Assembly: GCA_964016885.1 (NCBI GenBank)
Contig: OZ024759.1
Span: 7,998,001-8,062,000, forward strand
Length of the DNA stretch: 64,000 nt
Origin: Eledone cirrhosa
Taxonomy: Eukaryota
Direction of reading: 5' to 3'
The translations under genes and the position numbers were made by a program. Shown piece by piece: positions 28,001 to 41,329 of the stretch (its first letter is position 1; the number at the start of each line of letters is the position of its first letter). The notes beneath the pieces were generated by a model that was not told the origin of the DNA, searched no databases, and was given only the letters and a program-made list of their open reading frames with translations.

Positions 28001-30392
28001 TAAGGTAAACGTAAGGTAAGGTAAACGTAAGGCAAGATAAGGTAAGGTAAAGTAAACGTAAGGTAAGGTAAGATCAGGTAAGGTAAAGTAAGGTAAATGT
28101 AAGGTAAACGGTAAGGTAAGGTAAGGGTAAGATAAGGCCAGGTAAGATAAGAGAAAGCAAGGTAAACGTAAGGTAAGGTGAGGTAAACGTAAGGTAAAGT
28201 AAGTTACGGTAAACGTAAGGTAAGGTAAGCGTAAGGTAAGGTAAACGTAAGGAAAGGTAAACGTAAGGTAATGTAAAGTACGGTAAACGTAAGGTAAAAG
28301 TAATGTAAGGAAAGGTAAACGTAAGGTAATGTAAAGTACGGTAAACGTAAGGTAAAAGTAATGTAAGGAAAGGTAAACGTAAGGTAAGGTAACGTAAGGT
28401 AAAATAAAGGTAAGGCAAGATAAGGTAAGGTAAAATAAATGTAAGGTAAGGTAAACGTAAGGTAAGGTAAAGTAAGGTAAGGTAAGGTATGGTAAACGTA
28501 AGGTAAGTTAAACGTAAGGTAAGTAAACGTAAGGTTAGGTAAACGTAAAGTAAGGTAAACGTAAGTTAAGGTAAACGTAAGGTAAGGTAATGTAAGATAA
28601 ACGTAAGGTAAGGTAAACGCAAGGTAAGGTAAGGTAAGGTAAGGTTATGTAAAGTAAAGTAAACGTAAGGTAAGATAAGTTAAGGTAAAGTAAGGTCAGG
28701 TAAACGTAAGGTAAGGTAAACGTAAGGTAAGGTAAACGTAAGGTAAGGTAAACATAAGGTAAGTTAAACGTAAGGTAAGGTAAACGTAAGGTAAGTTAAA
28801 CGTAAGGTAAACGTAAGGTAAGGTAAACGTAAGGTAAGTTAAACGTAAGGTAAACGTAAGGTAAGTTAAACGTAAGGTAAGGTAAACGTAAGGTTAGGTA
28901 AGGTAAGGTAAAGTAAGATAAGTTAAGGTAAACAAAAGGAAAGGTAAGGTAAACAAAAGGTAACTTAAAAGGTAAATTACGATAAGGGAAGGTAAGGTAA
29001 ACGTAAAGTAAGGTAAGGAAATGTAATGTAAGGTAAGGTAAAGTACGGTAAACGTAAGGTAAGGTATGGTAAGGTAAACGTAAGGTAAGGTAAGTTAAAC
29101 GCAAGGTAAGGTAAACGTAAGGTAAGCTAAGGTAACGTAAGGTAAGGTAAATATAAGGTAAGGTAAAGTGAGTTAAGGTAAGGTAAACGTAAGGTAAGGT
29201 AAAGTAAACGTAAGGTAAGGTAAACGTAAGGTAGGTAAGGTAAACGTAAGGTAAGGTAAACGAAATGTAAGGTAAGGTAAAGTAAGGTAAGGTAAACTGT
29301 AGGTAAGGTAAATGTAAGGTAAGGTAAACGTAAGATAAGGTAAGGTAAACGTAAGGAAAGGTAAGGTAAACGTAAGGTATGGTAAGGTAAACGTAAGGTA
29401 ATGTAAGGTAAACGTAAGATAAGGTAAACGTAAGGTAAGGTAAACGTAACGTAAGTTAAACGTAAGGTAAGTTATGGTAAGGTAAACGTAAGGTAATGTA
29501 AACGTAAAGTAAAGTAAGGTAAGTTAAACGTAAGGTAAGGTATGGTAAACGTAAGATAAGGTTAGGTAAGGGAAGGTAAACGTAAGGTAAGGTAAAGTAA
29601 ACGTAAGGTAAATATAAGGTAAGGTAAACGTAAGGTAAGGTAAGGTAAGGTTAAAGTAAGGTAAACGTAAGGTAAGGTAGGTAAGGTAAACGTAAGGTAA
29701 GATAAGGTAAACGAAATGTAAGGTAAGGTAAAGTAAAGTAACGTAAGGTAAATTGTAGGTAAGGTAAACGTAAGATAAGGTAAGGTAAACGTAAGGTATG
29801 GTAAGGTAAGGTAAACGTAAGGAAAGGTAAGGTAAACGTAAGGTATGGTAAGGTAAACGTAAGGTCAGGTAATGTAAGGTAAACGTAAGATAAGGTAAAC
29901 GTAACGTAAGTTAAGGTAAGGTAAACGTAAGGTAAGGTAACGTAAGGTAAGGTAAACGTAAGTTAAGGTAAGGTAAACTAAGGTAAGGTAAGATACGGTA
30001 AACGTAAGGTAAGGTAAACGCAAGGTAAGTTAAGGTAAACGTAAGGTAAGTTAAGGTAAACGTATAGTAAGGTAAAGTAATGTAAGGTAAACGTAAGGTA
30101 AGGTAAAGTGCGGTAAAGTTAAGGTAAGGTAAACGCAAGGTAAGGTAAACGTAAGGTAAAGTAAACGTATGGTAAGGTAAACTAAACGTAAGGTAAGCTA
30201 AACGTTAGGTAACTTAAGGTAAACGTAAGGTAAGACAAGGTAAGGTAATTAAGGTAAACGTAAGTTAAGTTAAGGTAGGGTAAGGGAAGGTAAGGTATAA
30301 TAGGGTAAACGTAATGTAAGGTAAACATAAGGCAAGGTAAGGTAAACGTAAGGCAAGGTAAAGTAAGCGTACGGTAAGGTAACGTAAGGTAA
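25090..30392. repeat. 5.3-kb degenerate (TAAGG)n/(TAAACG) simple-sequence satellite
   Basis: Continuous mosaic of taagg and taaacg words; extreme strand purine bias. Confidence 0.97.
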
Positions 30393-31088
30393 GGGGGTCC
30401 GTTTTTCATTTGGGAGGGCGCTCTTTACTTGGGAGGGACCCCTTTTTACTTACGGGACCGTTTTTTATTTGGGGGTTCCGTTTTTTATTTGAGTGCCCGT
30501 GTTTTATTTGGGGGGATCCGTTTTTTATTTTGGAGGGGTCCGTTTTTTATTTGGTGGATCCGTTTTTTAGTTGGAGGTGGTCCGTTTTTTTTATTTGGGG
30601 GTCAGTTTTTTATATGGTGTTCCGTTTTTTATTTGAGGGTCAGTTTTTTATTTAGACGGATCCGTTTTTTATTTGGGGGAGGTTCCGTTTTTTATTTGGG
30701 GTGAGGGTCCGTTTTTTATTTGGGGTGAGGGTCCGTTTTTTCATTTGGGGCGATCCGTTTTATATTTGGGGGAGACCCGTTTTTTTATTTGGGGTGATCC
30801 GTTTTTTATTTGGGGGTTCGTTTTTTATTGGGGTGGGGAGTCCATGTTTTATTGTGGGGTCCGTTTTTTACTTGGGAGCGATCCGTTTTTATTTGGGGGT
30901 CCGTTTTTTATTTGGAGGCATCTGTTTTGTATTTGGGGTTCATTTTTTATTTGGGTGGGGTCCGGGTCATTTTTTTACCTGGGGGATCCGTTTTTTATTG
31001 AGGGGGGGGGGGTCCGGTTTTTATTTGGGGGTATCCGTTTTTATTGGGGGGATCCGTTTTTATTTGGGGGTCCGTTTTTTATTTGGGA
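30393..31088. repeat. Degenerate ~20-bp tandem repeat
   Basis: ggggtccgttttttatttgg units, roughly 30-35 copies, directly abutting the TAAGG satellite. Confidence 0.92.
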
Positions 31089-33738
31089 TATCACATTGGT
31101 TCTTGTCTTGCGAGGCGCGGAATGTTGGACTGACCATCGTCTGGTGTGCACCAAGTTTCAATTTGTTGTGAAGCCCAAAGTAAGGGGGAAGAAGTTTGCA
31201 CTTCCAAAACAACTAAACGTGGCTCGTCTGAAAACAGAGAGAGTCAGAACTTGAGTCCACGGAATGTGAAAACACTTGGGAATCATTGAAGAACACCTTC
31301 TATGATGTTAGTGCTGGAGATTTGGGTCATACCAATAGAAAGCATAAAGACTGGTTCGATGAAAATGATGCAGTGATCCAGACCTTGCTTGAAGAGAGAC
31401 AGAAAGTGCTGACATCATTGTTGTGTGAGACACGTTCTGACAGGAGTGACCAGACTTTCAGGCAGATCAAGGCACGTGTGGAACATCGATTTAGAGCCAT
31501 GCAGGATACCTGGTGGAGCCAAAAGACTGATGAATTCCAGAAGGCCTCAGATAGACATGATACAAAGCTCCTATACAGTCTGCTCAGAGAGGTATATGGT
31601 GCGACTGGTTCACAAATATCACCACTTTGCTCCGGGGATGGCAAGGAATTGCTGAGAGATCCTAAGGAAATCCTGATCAGGTGGCATGACCACTTTGATG
31701 AGCTCCTCAACAGACCATCAGAAATTGATGATGAGTTCATCTGGTCGATTCCATCCAGCCCTAAAAAGTTGGCAATGGCTGATCCTCCTTCATTTGATGA
31801 GGTGGCGAAGGCCATTGCCAAATTAAACAGCGGCAAGTCACCTGGAATGGATAGACTGAGTGCCGAGATTTTCAAGTGTGCTGGTGATAACTTCTTAAAC
31901 CGCCTCACTGATCTCTTTGTGAATGTTTGGAATGAAGATGTGCCACAGGACTGGAAAGCTGCATTGATGGTGGTACTTTACAAAGGAAAGGGAGCCAAAG
32001 ATGACTGTGGCAACTACAGAGATATTTCACTGCTATCTGTGGCTGGGAAGATCTTGTGCAGGATTTTGTTGGACAGATTGATACAACACATCGCTGTTAA
32101 GGTACTTACTGAGCCCCACTGTGGCTTTAGGAATGGCAGAGGCACTGTTGACATGATCTTCTCATCCAAACAACTTCAAGAGAAATGAATTGAGCAGTGC
32201 ATGGACTTATACCAAGTTTTTGTCGATCTGACCAAGGCATTTGACACCATTAATCGGAAGGCTTTGTGGGGTATTTTGGAGAGATTGGGCTGTCCTGAAA
32301 AGTTTGTGAACATTCTGAAACTCTTCCATGGTGACATGGAGGCATGGGTGAATGTTGGAGGTAAACTGTCTGAGCCAATCTCGGTTGAAAATGGTGTCAA
32401 GCAGAGTGATATACCTGCACCAACTTTGTTTGCCTTGTATTTCACAATGGCGTTCTTCATGGCCTTCAAGGGTTGTCAACACGGTATCTATCTCAGATAT
32501 CGCACTTCCGGCAAGCTGTTCAACCCCAGGCGTCTCACTGCCAACACTAAGGTACTGAGTACCTTCATCAGAGAATTTTTATATGCAGATGATTGTGATC
32601 TCTTTGCACACTCCCAGAGTGACATGCAACACCTTATGGATTCTTTTTCCAATGCGTGCAGTGCTTTGGGACTGACAATCAGTCTGAAGAATACTGTCGT
32701 CATGTACCAACCTGCTCCGGATAAAGTTTACAATGAACCCTCTTGGTCAAAAGCTGAAAGCTGCTGACACATTTGTGTATTTGGGGAGTACTCTTTGTGT
32801 GGCCTGCCTGCTCTCTGGATGCAGAAGTTGGTCTACGTGTTAGTAAGGCAAGTGAGTCATTTGGAGGGTCAACGACCGTCTTTGGTGCAGGCGAGGAATC
32901 ACAATGAGGACCAAGGTGAGAGTGTATGCTGCATATGTACTGTCAGTTTTGCTGTATGCATGTGAGACATGGGTTGCCTACAAACGGCATATCCACAGAC
33001 TGGAACGGTTTCACCAGCAGTGTCTCAGAAAGATACTTGGTATCAAGTGGCAGATGCATGTGAGTGATGTTGAGGTCCTTGAGAGAAGTGAGTGTCGGAG
33101 CATTGAGAGTATCATCCACCAACGGTGTTTGCGATGGACCGGACACCTCTGCAGAATGGAAGATGATCGAATCCCAAAACAACTCCTGTATGGCGAACTT
33201 TGTGAGGGTAAGAGACCACCTCACAAGCCAAGGCTCCCTCCGACTCAGGGATTGTGTAAAGGACTCATTGAAAAAAACTGGTTTGATGGTGGCTGACTGG
33301 GAGATAGAAGCTCTTGGAAGAGAAATTTGGCGTGGAATGGTGAATGATGGGGTCCATAATTTTGAGGACAGACCCATAGAGCACAAGAAGATCAAACGGG
33401 ATGTGCGTAAGCAATGCCCTGGTGTATCTCTCGAAACTATCGGTGTCTCCATTGAATTGAAGTGGCCTGAGTGTGGAAAAATTTGCTTGAGCAAATCTGG
33501 TCTCAGGAGCCACAGTCGCAGCCATGTTCAAAGAGAACCAGTGAACTATGATCTTCACGGTGTTGTGAGGGTTCACAGGCAACCTGATGCAGGACTTCAA
33601 GCCAAGGAGATCCATAGTTGTCGTCAGTGTGTGAAGGAGTGCAAGTCTGTAGCAGGCTTGAAAAGCCATATCCGAGCGTCCCACATCTGAACCTGACAAG
33701 CAATTGCAATACTCTTGGCAGAGTTTGCAGCCATCATC

Positions 33739-33742
<4 letters not shown>
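31089..33742 (+). mobile_element. 5'-truncated RTE/BovB-like LINE with RT and C-terminal C2H2 zinc fingers (decayed)
   Basis: RGAECWTDHRLV (APE end); KGKG...CGNYR.ISLLS..GKIL; CGFR.GRGT.DMIF; FVDLTKAFDT; GVKQ; LYADD; LLY.CETW; two C2H2-like fingers (ECGKICLSKSGLRSHSRSH, whose first Cys is replaced by W, and [22 protein letters not shown]); (CAT)n tail; stops and frameshifts. Confidence 0.93.
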
Positions 33743-33779
<37 letters not shown>

Positions 33780-33870
33780 CAAAAGGGATATTTAATTTGT
33801 TGGTAATTCAACAATATAAATCTTTATAACTGATTTGAAGCAGTCGACAGGTTTTCTGGAGTATAATATT

Positions 33871-34143
33871 CAATGATATTAAATAAATGGAAACTTTATT
33901 TATTCTATTATATATATTTCAAGGGTACCAAAACTTTGGTAAAATACAAAGTTTGTTATATAAATATTGACATATCCAGGAAAAACTTGAACTGTTAAGA
34001 TCTTCCTGGATATGTCAATATTTATAAAACCAACTTTGTATTTTATCTGATGAGGGCGTACCAAAGTTTTGGTACCCTTGAAATATATATAATAGAATAA
34101 ATATGGTTTTATAAATATAGTTTCCATTTATTTAATATCATTG
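33871..34143. repeat. Foldback (inverted repeat), Penelope pseudo-LTR-like
   Basis: Left arm caatgatattaaataaatggaaact...gacatatccaggaa is the reverse complement of right arm ttcctggatatgtc...agtttccatttatttaatatcattg. Confidence 0.85.
34039..34099 (+). ncRNA. Minimal type I hammerhead ribozyme
   Basis: tattttat CTGATGA gggcgtaccaaagttttggtaccctt GAAA tatata TA/ atagaata; stems I and II pair; palindromic stem III TATATA. Confidence 0.72.
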
Positions 34144-34152
34144 TATATATAT

Positions 34153-34485
34153 ATCATCATCATCATCATTTTACGTCCACTTTTCCCTGCTTGCAAGGGT
34201 GGGACGGGAACTGATTCTGGCTTGATTTCTACAGCTGGATGCCCTTCCTAACACCAACCTCATTTACAGTGAGTGCTGGGTGCTTTTTTGCCGTGGCACC
34301 TCGACGACCACTTTGCAGTGGAATGATAGGGATCCCAGTCCCTATCATCTCATTTCTACAGCTGAGTAAACTGGAGCAATGTGAAATAAAGTGTCTTGCT
34401 CAAGGAAACAACACATCACCCGGTCTGAGAATTGAACTCACAACCTTTCGTTTGCAAGGCCAATGCTCTAACCACTAAGCCATGT
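34153..34485 (-). mobile_element. tRNA-derived SINE family A
   Basis: Near-identical to 1309-1645. Confidence 0.9.
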
Positions 34486-34498
34486 GTGTATATATATA

Positions 34499-34609
<111 letters not shown>

Positions 34610-34640
34610 ATATATATATATGTATATATATATATACACA

Positions 34641-35010
34641 ATTCTAGAAGGAAAACTCTGATATAACACCTGCAACCCTGATGGTATCCAATGATGTTGA
34701 CTTGTTCTTCTCTTTGGTAAATATCATCTTGGTTAAGAGAGTGGGACTGGCTTTGTGCAGTGCCTTTGCTCACTATAAAAGCTTCATGGCACAGGCATTG
34801 CTTTATATCTGGAGATCTCTCTGCACTTGTCGTCACATGGTACCATGGGCCCAGCACTATGTGTCAATAATTGTCACAAGTGTAGTGTTAGTACCAGAGT
34901 TTTCAAGTCGCTGGCTGGACTAAAAAGTCACACTCGTTCAGCGCATTGGTAGGAGTTCTACATGGATATAAAGTAGTGGCCGTACTCGAAAACGAGTTGG
35001 CAGCCACCAT
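34641..35010 (+). mobile_element. Short non-autonomous RTE-derived retroposon (family C)
   Basis: 5' gaaggaaaactctgatataac motif, relic C2H2 finger ([24 protein letters not shown]) and 3' actcgaaaacgagttggcagccaccat tail resembling the LINE end at 33710-33742; four copies in window. Confidence 0.75.
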
Positions 35011-35128
35011 ATATATATATATATGTATATAAATGTATATATATATGTATATATGTATATAAGTATATGTATGTATATATATATGCACAAAATATAAAAG
35101 AATCAAATTTTTGTTTAATACATTTAAT

Positions 35129-35175
35129 TGCTGACGATCGTTTCTTCCAGACAACTGTCTGGAATCATCAGAGCA
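35129..35175 (-). ncRNA. Minimal type I hammerhead ribozyme, intact core
   Basis: Minus strand: tgct CTGATGA ttccagac agtt gtctggaa GAAA cgatcg TC/ agca. Perfect stems I and II, palindromic CGATCG stem III, GUC cleavage triplet. Confidence 0.88.
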
Positions 35176-35299
35176 TACACAATGTTTAAACAAGTAATTA
35201 CATTCCTAGTCTTTAGAACATTCATTAAGATACATTATTATGAACAGTGTCAGTGACATCATATTAAAAAACAAGAGTGACAAAATGATATTATAGTAA

Positions 35300-35620
35300 A
35301 CAGTTTATATAGGTTCAAGACCAGATATAACTTGCATCTTCACACGTTTAGAAACCCTAAATTACGTAACGCTACTTCATTATCTACATATATACATTCA
35401 TTGAAAACTAATAATAAACGATATACCTTAGAATAGGAAGTGATAGCCAAGGCCCCCTATTATAAACCACTCAACAAATCCCGTAACCTTTGTCTCCTAG
35501 AGTCTCGCACTATTATTTATTCAAAATTTAACCTACTAAATAGAAAGTCGGAAGCATTCTCCACGTGTCCACACTACCACCGACACTCTTTCCACTATTT
35601 CAAACCCAGCAGCTAATTTA
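35300..35620 (+). mobile_element. Penelope-like element GIY-YIG C-terminal fragment
   Basis: Manual translation: YIG / FKTRYNLHLHTFRNPKLRNATSLSTYIHSLK...(stop)EVIAKAPYYKPLNKSRNLCLLESRTII...LLNRKSEAFSTCPH, the typical PLE endonuclease C-terminus. Confidence 0.75.
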
Positions 35621-36044
35621 TAACAATATCAGATCTATTCCCATATTACAATTAACACTTTTACCTTTAATTCTATCAGATATCCTTTTCTTTCACTTAA
35701 TTATCATACTATTACCATAACATATATATATTAATAAAGTCCTTCTTATATCTCATATATACTACAAATCATATACTTTTTTAATAACAATAAAAAGAAT
35801 AAATAAACCCTTTGTGTACCCTATGTTCCTCCTTCTAAAATACCTTCCTTACTACTATCTTTTCTAAATATAACACCAATTAGATAGCTGGCAACAGTGC
35901 CCATAACACAATTTATTCCATTATAAATTGCCATATATTGAATAAATTCCTCTCTATTTATTGCTCTTTATATAATTTGAAAAAGAATAAATAATAATAA
36001 AAATATTTTTTCATATATAATTGATAAATAAATAATTCATAATA

Positions 36045-38260
36045 ATTTTTCTACTTTTGGCACAAGACCAGCAATTACCCAGTGCATTACTGGTACTTTA
36101 TTTTATCGACCTCGTAAGGATGAAATGCAAAGTTAACCTCGGCGGGATTTGAACTCAGAATGGCAAGGGCCGTAACTCTATACGTCAAAGCATGGCGTCC
36201 GACCCTCTACCGATACTGCCAATCCACCGCCCTTCATAAATAATTCATAATAATAATTTATAACAACTTTTAATGAATGATAACTTATAATAAAATAATC
36301 CCCTCTCAATATTAATAAGTTATAATTCTGTTTAATTTGGAAAAGTATTAAATAATTAATAATAATAAAAAAATATTAAATTAATAAATAAATATATAAT
36401 TGTTTCTATTCTAGGCACAATTACCCAGTACATTACTGGTACTTTATTTTATCGACCCCGTGAGGATGAAAGGTAAAGTTAACCTCGGCGGGATTTGAAC
36501 TCAGATCATAAAGGGACGTAACTCTATGCTTCAAAGCATGGTGTCCAACTCTCTACCGATACTGCTAATCCACCGCCCTTGTTATATATTTATATAAATA
36601 AATATATAATAAACAAGTATATTCATTGATAAACTGATTAATTGTATAAAGATTTTGATAACAAGGTTTTTATTAATTGCATAATGATTTAAACAAAGGT
36701 TTTATCTATCGTAAATTTGTAATATTTCCTTAATTACCTCCCTTTGTGATAATCTTTTTCTTATGTTAAATAATCCTTAATAGAGGTTCTAAAGAGAGGA
36801 ATGGATTATACAAAATCTTTCTCATGGCAACAAAAACCGTTCTATCAATGTTTACTTCACCTAATACGATACAACCATAAATAGTTGTTTCTATTTTTGG
36901 CACAAGGCCAGCAATTACTCAGTGTATTACTGGTACTTTATTTTATCGACCCTGTAAAGATGAAAGGCAAAGTTAACCTCAATGGGATTTGTAACAGTTC
37001 AAACATTAAACCTTTATTTTACACCCAACATAAACATTTCTACATTAACTCTAATATAAATATTTTTGAATGCTACTAACTCATCTTATTTTATTTATAT
37101 TATTTGCATTACATAACATTTATACATCCTATCATTACGTATCTATTTTTACCATAATCCATGCCATTTTTTAACATTCTGTATGTAATAAGCTTGATAT
37201 ATTCACTTTATGTCTTACCTCATGCATGCATTTATTAATATTCTGTATATTTTGCTTCATATACCCTTATTATAACACCTTTCAATACTATATCTTTTTA
37301 CTGTAACATGTATTTGTTCGATATCTTTTTGCACCTGTATTACCTTTATGCATAACTTTCTCTATAATATGCTTATTATAATCACTTTAAGTAATACCCA
37401 CTTTATATCAGGTCCCAATATTTTGCTATCTGTTTACTATAATATCATTTTGTTACTCTTGATTTCCAATAATAATGTATAATTATTCCATTACTAAAGG
37501 TTTCTGGAAGTTAGACGATTCTAATAGAAACGTCCATTTCGTTCATCAGATGAAATATTGTGTTGTATATGATTATATAATTATATATATATTTCTAGAA
37601 TGATGTTGACTGGGTTAACAAGGAAGAGATGAACAATGAGCACAAGCTAATTAGAATTAAGCATGCTATGGGAGGAGGAGGTTGTCATGGTGATTCCTCT
37701 GAGTTAATAGATCAGGATTTTATGTGGTGTGTATAATATATATATATATATGTTAAACAAATATAATGAATATAGAAAATAAATATTTTTATAATGTAGT
37801 GGGTGTATATATAATGAATATATGTATAAATAAGTTATACATACATATATTTATATATATATATATATATATCTAAACTATAATAAATTAAGGAGTGCTG
37901 GACTGCTTCCAGAATATATTTTTTTATCCCGTTAGTAAAATAAGTTGGATTACTTTGAATAAATAATTGTTTCTACTTTAGGCACAGGGCCAGCAATTAT
38001 CCCAGTGCATTACTGGTACTTTATTTTATCGACCCCGTAAGGATGAAAGGCAAAGTTAACCTCGGCAGGATTTGAACTCAGACCGTAAAGAAACGTAGCT
38101 ATGCTGGAAAGCACGGCGTCCGACTCTCTACTGATACTGCCAAGTACTTTGAATAAATAATTGTTTCTACTTTAGGCACAAGGCCAGCAATTACCCAGTG
38201 CATTACTGGTACTTTATTTTATCGACCCCGTAAGGATGAAAGGCAAAGTCAACCTCGGCT
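36045..38260 (-). mobile_element. Cluster of five family-B SINE copies in AT-rich DNA
   Basis: Copies at ~36045-36232, 36400-36578, 36885-36990, 37965-38142 and 38158-38260, all containing tactggtactttattttatcgacc...gatgaaa(g/t)g(c/t)aaagt(t/c)aacctc. Confidence 0.85.
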
Positions 38261-38565
38261 TTGAATAAATAATGAATGAATATTACATAATTTATCTACT
38301 AAATTTCGTTATTCTTGATTAAATATAAATAATTTTATTGCTTATTTTAAGATTCACTTCTTTAAAATTTTCAAATGTCAACACTTCCGGTTAGCGACCG
38401 TTTAAATAAACATTCATATATTTCTGTCACTAATTTTCTCCTAATGCAGTTTATATATAATATCGTCTTATTTAATGTATCATGGATTACTTTACTGATT
38501 ACATAAGACAGTGTAACACAGTCTTCCTTCAATTTCTGTGTATATTGTCAATTATGATTTTATTT

Positions 38566-41329
38566 GATGTATCATATCTACATGTATATATACCTGCGTA
38601 TAATATCTATATACACACTACACATGTATATATACCTGCGTATAATATCTATATACACTCTACACATGTATCATATCTACATGTATATATACCTGCGTAT
38701 AATATCTATATACACTCTACACATGTATCATATCTACATGTATATATACCTGCGTATAATATCAATATACACTCTACACATGTATCATATCTACATGTAT
38801 ATATACCTGCGTATAATATCAATATACACACTACACATGTATCATATCTACATGTATATATACCTGCGTATAATATCTATATACACACTGCACATGTATC
38901 ATATCTACATGTATATATACCTGCGTATAATATCAATATACACTCTACACATGTATCATATCTACATGTATATATACCTGCGTATATCAATATACACTCT
39001 ACACATGTATCATATCTACATGTATATATACCTGCGTATAATATCAATATACACTCTACACATGTATCATATCTACATGTATATATACCTGCGTATAATA
39101 TCAATATACTCTACACATGTATCATATCTACATGTATATATACCTGCGTATAATATCAATATACACACTACACATGTATCATATCTACATGTATATATAC
39201 CTGCGTATAATATCTATATACACACTGCACATGTATCATATCTACATGTATATATACCTGCGTATAATATCAATATACACTCTACACATGTATCATATCA
39301 ACATGTATATATACCTGCGTATAATATCAATATACACACTACACATGTATCATATCTACATGTATATATACCTGCGTATAATATCTATATACACTCTACA
39401 CATGTATCATATCTACATGTATATATACCTGCGTATAATATCAATATACACTCTACACATGTATCATATCTACATGTATATATACCTGCGTATAATATCA
39501 ATATACACACTACACATGTATCATATCTACATGTATATATACCTGCGTATAATATCAATATACACTCTACACATGTATCATATCTACATGTATATATACC
39601 TGCGTATAATATCTATATACACTCTACACATGTATCATATCTACATGTATATATACCTGCGTATAATATCTATATACACTCTACACATGTATCATATCTA
39701 CATGTATATATACCTGCGTATATCAATATACACTCTACACATGTATCATATCTACATGTATATATACCTGCGTATAATATCAATATACACTCTACACATG
39801 TATCATATCTACATGTATATATACCTGCGTATAATATCAATATACTCTACACATGTATCATATCTACATGTATATATACCTGCGTATAATATCAATATAC
39901 ACACTACACATGTATCATATCTACATGTATATATACCTGCGTATAATATCTATATACACACTGCACATGTATCATATCTACATGTATATATACCTGCGTA
40001 TAATATCAATATACACTCTACACATGTATCATATCAACATGTATATATACCTGCGTATAATATCAATATACACACTACACATGTATCATATCTACATGTA
40101 TATATACCTGCGTATAATATCTATATACACTCTACACATGTATCATATCTACATGTATATATACCTGCGTATAATATCAATATACACTCTACACATGTAT
40201 CATATCTACATGTATATATACCTGCGTATAATATCAATATACACACTACACATGTATCATATCTACATGTATATATACCTGCGTATAATATCAATATACA
40301 CTCTACACATGTATCATATCTACATGTATATATACCTGCGTATAATATCTATATACACTCTACACATGTATCATATCTACATGTATATATACCTGCGTAT
40401 AATATCTATATACACTCTACACATGTATCATATCTACATGTATATATACCTGCGTATATCAATATACACTCTACACATGTATCATATCTACATGTATATA
40501 TACCTGCGTATAATATCAATATACACTCTACACATGTATCATATCTACATGTATATATACCTGCGTATAATATCAATATACTCTACACATGTATCATATC
40601 TACATGTATATATACCTGCGTATAATATCAATATACACACTACACATGTATCATATCTACATGTATATATACCTGCGTATAATATCTATATACACACTGC
40701 ACATGTATCATATCTACATGTATATATACCTGCGTATAATATCAATATACACTCTACACATGTATCATATCAACATGTATATATACCTGCGTATAATATC
40801 AATATACACACTACACATGTATCATATCTACATGTATATATACCTGCGTATAATATCTATATACACTCTACACATGTATCATATCTACATGTATATATAC
40901 CTGCGTATAATATCAATATACACTCTACACATGTATCATATCTACATGTATATATACCTGCGTATAATATCAATATACACACTACACATGTATCATATCT
41001 ACATGTATATATACCTGCGTATAATATCAATATACACTCTACACATGTATCATATCTACATGTATATATACCTGCGTATAATATCTATATACACTCTACA
41101 CATGTATCATATCTACATGTATATATACCTGCGTATAATATCTATATACACTCTACACATGTATCATATCTACATGTATATATACCTGCGTATATCAATA
41201 TACACTCTACACATGTATCATATCTACATGTATATATACCTGCGTATAATATCTATATACACTCTACACATGTATCATATCTACATGTATATATACCTGC
41301 GTATAATATCAATATACACACTACACATG
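38566..41329. repeat. 57-bp tandem satellite with 736-bp higher-order repeat
   Basis: tacacatgtatcatatctacatgtatatatacctgcgtataatatc(a/t)atatacac(t/a)c; diagnostic indels recur every 736 bp (39117, 39853, 40589). Confidence 0.96.

Noticed and set aside
25090-30392. Telomeric or interstitial telomeric repeat
   Set aside because: The word is TAAGG mixed with TAAACG, not TTAGG or TTAGGG, and it is highly degenerate.
33064-33690. Host C2H2 zinc-finger gene
   Set aside because: The fingers are the frameshifted C-terminus of the RTE LINE and are followed by its (CAT)n tail.
37520-37560. Minus-strand ctgatgaacgaaa hammerhead-like core (similar case at ~6960-7000)
   Set aside because: Stem II is absent and stem I cannot be formed convincingly.
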